From NCBI GenBank assembly GCA_038044245.1, contig JBBTAK010000032.1, positions 1-34,606 on the forward strand: 34,606 nt of DNA, given 5' to 3'. The DNA is from Nanobdellota archaeon. GTDB lineage: Archaea > Nanobdellota > Nanobdellia > Pacearchaeales > GW2011-AR1. The translations under genes and the position numbers were made by a program. The notes under the pieces were generated by a model. That model made no database searches and had not been told where the DNA came from. It saw only the letters and a program-made list of their open reading frames with translations. Each line of letters begins with the position of its first letter. The first letter of the stretch is position 1. Positions 32,557 to 34,606 of the stretch are shown here, in pieces.

Positions 32557-32988
32557 ATGAAATTAAGTGAGTTACTCAAACCCACAAAATTCAAATTAAT
32601 ATTATTCGTGATAACCTTTGTTATACTTTACATCATTTTATTCACGATACCAATTACAATCCCGGCAAGAGTGCAGTGTTTTAAAAATCCCTGCCCACAA
32701 GAAATTACCACAAATCTTATTCATTTATTGCTACCTTATTCATTACTACCTGATTTAATTGGCGGATTGTTTCTACCCATAATTATCTTATTAGTAATAT
32801 CATATCTGATTGCATCACTGATTGGATACGAAAGTGGCAGTAAAAAAGACAAAAGAGGCCTTGTCACTGAAACTCTACCACTGTGGGCAATAGCCTTGGC
32901 TGTTCTTGTCGTGCTTATGATTACCATATTCATATTAAGGGAGAAGGGCATTTTACTCATAGAAAAAATCAAGGATATTTTTCGGTGA
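32557..32988 (+). CDS. membrane protein with an internal class-III-signal-like motif (KRG|LVTETL plus a hydrophobic helix)
   Basis: 143 aa. GAGGTGA Shine-Dalgarno motif 6 nt upstream of the ATG. Internal SGSKKDKRGLVTETLPLWAIALAVLVVLMITIFIL resembles a prepilin leader and helix. Confidence 0.6.
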   Translation: MKLSELLKPTKFKLILFVITFVILYIILFTIPITIPARVQCFKNPCPQEITTNLIHLLLPYSLLPDLIGGLFLPIIILLVISYLIASLIGYESGSKKDKRGLVTETLPLWAIALAVLVVLMITIFILREKGILLIEKIKDIFR

Positions 32989-33005
32989 AACAATAAAACG
33001 TTAAA

Positions 33006-33170
33006 ATGCTGATAGAAGAGAATCTGATAAAGTGGATTGTTGCAGTTGTCGTTATTGTCTTAGTTATCGGAGGAATTTCCCTGTTTTTCAAGGATTATGT
33101 CATAGACTTTTTTAGGGGCCTCGGAGGAGAGCCTGCAAAAGCCATCTTTGGAATTTTGAAATAAAATGAA
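33006..33170 (+). CDS. 54-aa pilin-helix-like peptide (untracked small ORF)
   Basis: My own translation: MLIEENLIKWIVAVVVIVLVIGGISLFFKDYVIDFFRGPRRRACKSHLWNFEIK. Its stop overlaps the next ATG (ATGA at 33166-33170). Confidence 0.45.
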
Positions 33171-33723
33171 AAATAAAAAAGGATTTCTACTGGCAGAAGA
33201 AACATTAAAACTGGTTGTAGCGGTGATTGCTCTTGGCTTTTTGGTTTATCTTTTGGTAGCATTGTATCTCTCTACCAACAAGTCACAGGAATTAGAGCAG
33301 GCAAAATCTTCCCTAAATTTTTTGGTGTCTGAAATAAATTCCGGAAAAGAAAGGGTTGATATCTACAATCCTAAAGGATGGTGGATTGGAGCATGGCCCC
33401 ACAATTTTAAGGCCACAGACCCTTTGAATCCCAACAAAATAGAAAGACGACTCCCTGGTTCATGCTCTAATCTTGGATGGGAGAACTGCATATGCATATG
33501 TGAGGAAGATAATGCAGATAGCTGCGATAAAAAGTGGGTATGCCTGGATAATGCTCAAAAATTTGAAACAGTTGGAGAATTAAGACTCCTGCCAGGAGGA
33601 ACCGAAGTTTTCCAGGAGGAGAGTATCCAGATAAAAAATCCTCCAATAACACTTAACATAGACCAAACAAATAAAAAAATAAGTCTTGTTACAGAACAAG
33701 CTGGCGGAGGCGGTGGATTTTAA
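33166..33723 (+). CDS. type IV pilin-like protein with a class III signal peptide and a Cys-rich globular domain
   Basis: MKNKKG|FLLAEETLKLVVAVIALGFLVYLLV has a basic leader, Gly at -1, Glu at +5 and a hydrophobic helix. The domain carries 7 Cys (CSNLGWENCICICEEDNADSCDKKWVC). The C-terminus is GGGGGF. Confidence 0.65.
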   Translation: MKNKKGFLLAEETLKLVVAVIALGFLVYLLVALYLSTNKSQELEQAKSSLNFLVSEINSGKERVDIYNPKGWWIGAWPHNFKATDPLNPNKIERRLPGSCSNLGWENCICICEEDNADSCDKKWVCLDNAQKFETVGELRLLPGGTEVFQEESIQIKNPPITLNIDQTNKKISLVTEQAGGGGGF

Positions 33724-33731
33724 AATTTAAA

Positions 33732-33833
33732 ATGGACTTAGAGGACTTTATAACATATGCGGTATGGATAATCTTCTTTGCAGTTGCCCTGTTGGGAGTA
33801 TATTTTCTGCTGAAAAAACTTGGAGTGATGTAA
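33732..33833 (+). CDS. 33-aa single-helix membrane peptide (untracked small ORF)
   Basis: My own translation: MDLEDFITYAVWIIFFAVALLGVYFLLKKLGVM. It fills the gap between neighbouring genes exactly (8 nt and 1 nt spacers). Confidence 0.4.
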   Translation: MDLEDFITYAVWIIFFAVALLGVYFLLKKLGVM

Positions 33834-33834
33834 A

Positions 33835-34557
33835 ATGGAAAGAAAAATGTTAATCGGGATGATAATTCTTATAGCGAGCTTTATCATAATCCTCCTTTTG
33901 ATTTTTAGGCTTAATCTTGGAGGAACGACCGATGCTGAAATCTGCAGAAATTCTCTTGTTTTAAGAGATAAGCCTCTTGGTGATTTTGTGTCTTCTATTG
34001 ATTGCAAAACTAGCTATCTGTGCGTTTCGGGCGGTGGAGATTGTGAAGTGACAGCATCAGAGAAATTTGTTGTTGATCCAAAAAATAAAGAAGAGATAAT
34101 GAAAATTTTAGCTGATGAAATGTCTTCATGCTGGTGGCAGTTTGGAGAAGGTAAGATTGACTTTAGGGCAAATCCAAGAGAGGGTGGAACCGCTATTACA
34201 TGTGCTGTTTGTTCCTTAGTTAATTTTAAAGATATCCCTCAAGAAGAAGAAACGATATCTTATGCAGAATTTTACAATTATCTGAGAACAACTCAAAAAA
34301 TAAAATCCCAGACTTACTTACAATATCTTTATTCAGAAAATAATCTTGACTTTCTTTCCGAAGATTATCTGAATAATAATCTTGAATTAAATAAACAATA
34401 CTTTATTTTGACAGCAATAACTAAGGATAGCATCTGGAGTTATACTCCCTTTGTCAGATTGTATATAAATCCAGACTATCAACCCCCGATAATATTGGAA
34501 CAAAACAAAGATAACTACGATCAACTTAAATGTGATGAATTTGTTAATAAAGCATAA
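33835..34557 (+). CDS. N-terminally anchored Cys-rich extracellular protein (pilus-locus associated)
   Basis: 240 aa. MERKMLIGMIILIASFIIILLLIF anchor, 9 Cys in the ectodomain, and an SD-like GGAGTGA upstream. Confidence 0.6.
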   Translation: MERKMLIGMIILIASFIIILLLIFRLNLGGTTDAEICRNSLVLRDKPLGDFVSSIDCKTSYLCVSGGGDCEVTASEKFVVDPKNKEEIMKILADEMSSCWWQFGEGKIDFRANPREGGTAITCAVCSLVNFKDIPQEEETISYAEFYNYLRTTQKIKSQTYLQYLYSENNLDFLSEDYLNNNLELNKQYFILTAITKDSIWSYTPFVRLYINPDYQPPIILEQNKDNYDQLKCDEFVNKA

Positions 34558-34558
34558 A

Positions 34559-34606
34559 ATGAGAAAGATAGGAAAAAGAGGAGACACAAATATTCTCACA
34601 GGAAAC
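34559..34606 (+). CDS. start of a further operon gene, 3'-truncated by the window edge
   Basis: The ATG lies 1 nt after the previous stop. MRKIGKRGDTNILTGN stays open to the window end. KRG|DT fits a class-III-signal cleavage pattern, but the hydrophobic segment is not visible. Confidence 0.35.
   Translation, partial: MRKIGKRGDTNILTGN

Noticed and set aside
1-34606. Search for CRISPR arrays, tRNA or rRNA genes, transposases and integrases.
   Set aside because: I saw no regularly spaced 25-40 bp repeats, no GC-rich cloverleaf-like intergenic segments and no DDE or tyrosine-recombinase-like ORFs. This was a scan by eye, not an exhaustive search.

Overview
AT-rich archaeal chromosomal segment. 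Compact genes, many leaderless transcripts, split genes and many tiny membrane proteins suggest a small-genome, DPANN-type archaeon (inference). I recognised no rRNA, tRNA, CRISPR array or transposase.

Left part (1-10.1 kb):
- Two convergent paralogous wHTH proteins with repeat-encoded Q/T linkers, another small wHTH protein and a PRC-barrel protein.
- A predicted replication origin: an AT-rich unwinding element flanked by oppositely oriented ORB-like boxes, directly upstream of orc1/cdc6.
- A PolD operon in which a HAD/NT5C-like gene with a degenerate catalytic motif sits between DP1 and DP2.

Middle part (10-21.6 kb):
- A DUF112/TctA-like membrane protein and an acidic Cys-repeat secreted protein.
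- TyrRS, and a DRG/TGS GTPase homolog with degenerate G motifs.
- An ArmA/RmtB (FmrO)-like 16S rRNA methyltransferase homolog, an M16 peptidase and an arginase-fold ureohydrolase.
- A half-size MFS-like protein, a 2H phosphoesterase (LigT/ThpR), and a Hef repair enzyme split into separate helicase and ERCC4-nuclease genes.

Right part (21.6-34.6 kb) is a membrane and surface island, and the most interesting region:
- A type IV pilus/archaellum-superfamily assembly ATPase (761 aa), a UPF0104 flippase-like protein and a FlaJ/TadC-like platform protein (716 aa).
- A tightly packed operon of pilin-like proteins. It includes untracked 33-58 aa ORFs that are little more than a pilin-type N-terminal helix.
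- Divergently transcribed coiled-coil proteins, paralogous membrane proteins, duplicated promoter modules and short direct repeats.

All functional calls rest on motif recognition by eye. No database search was possible.
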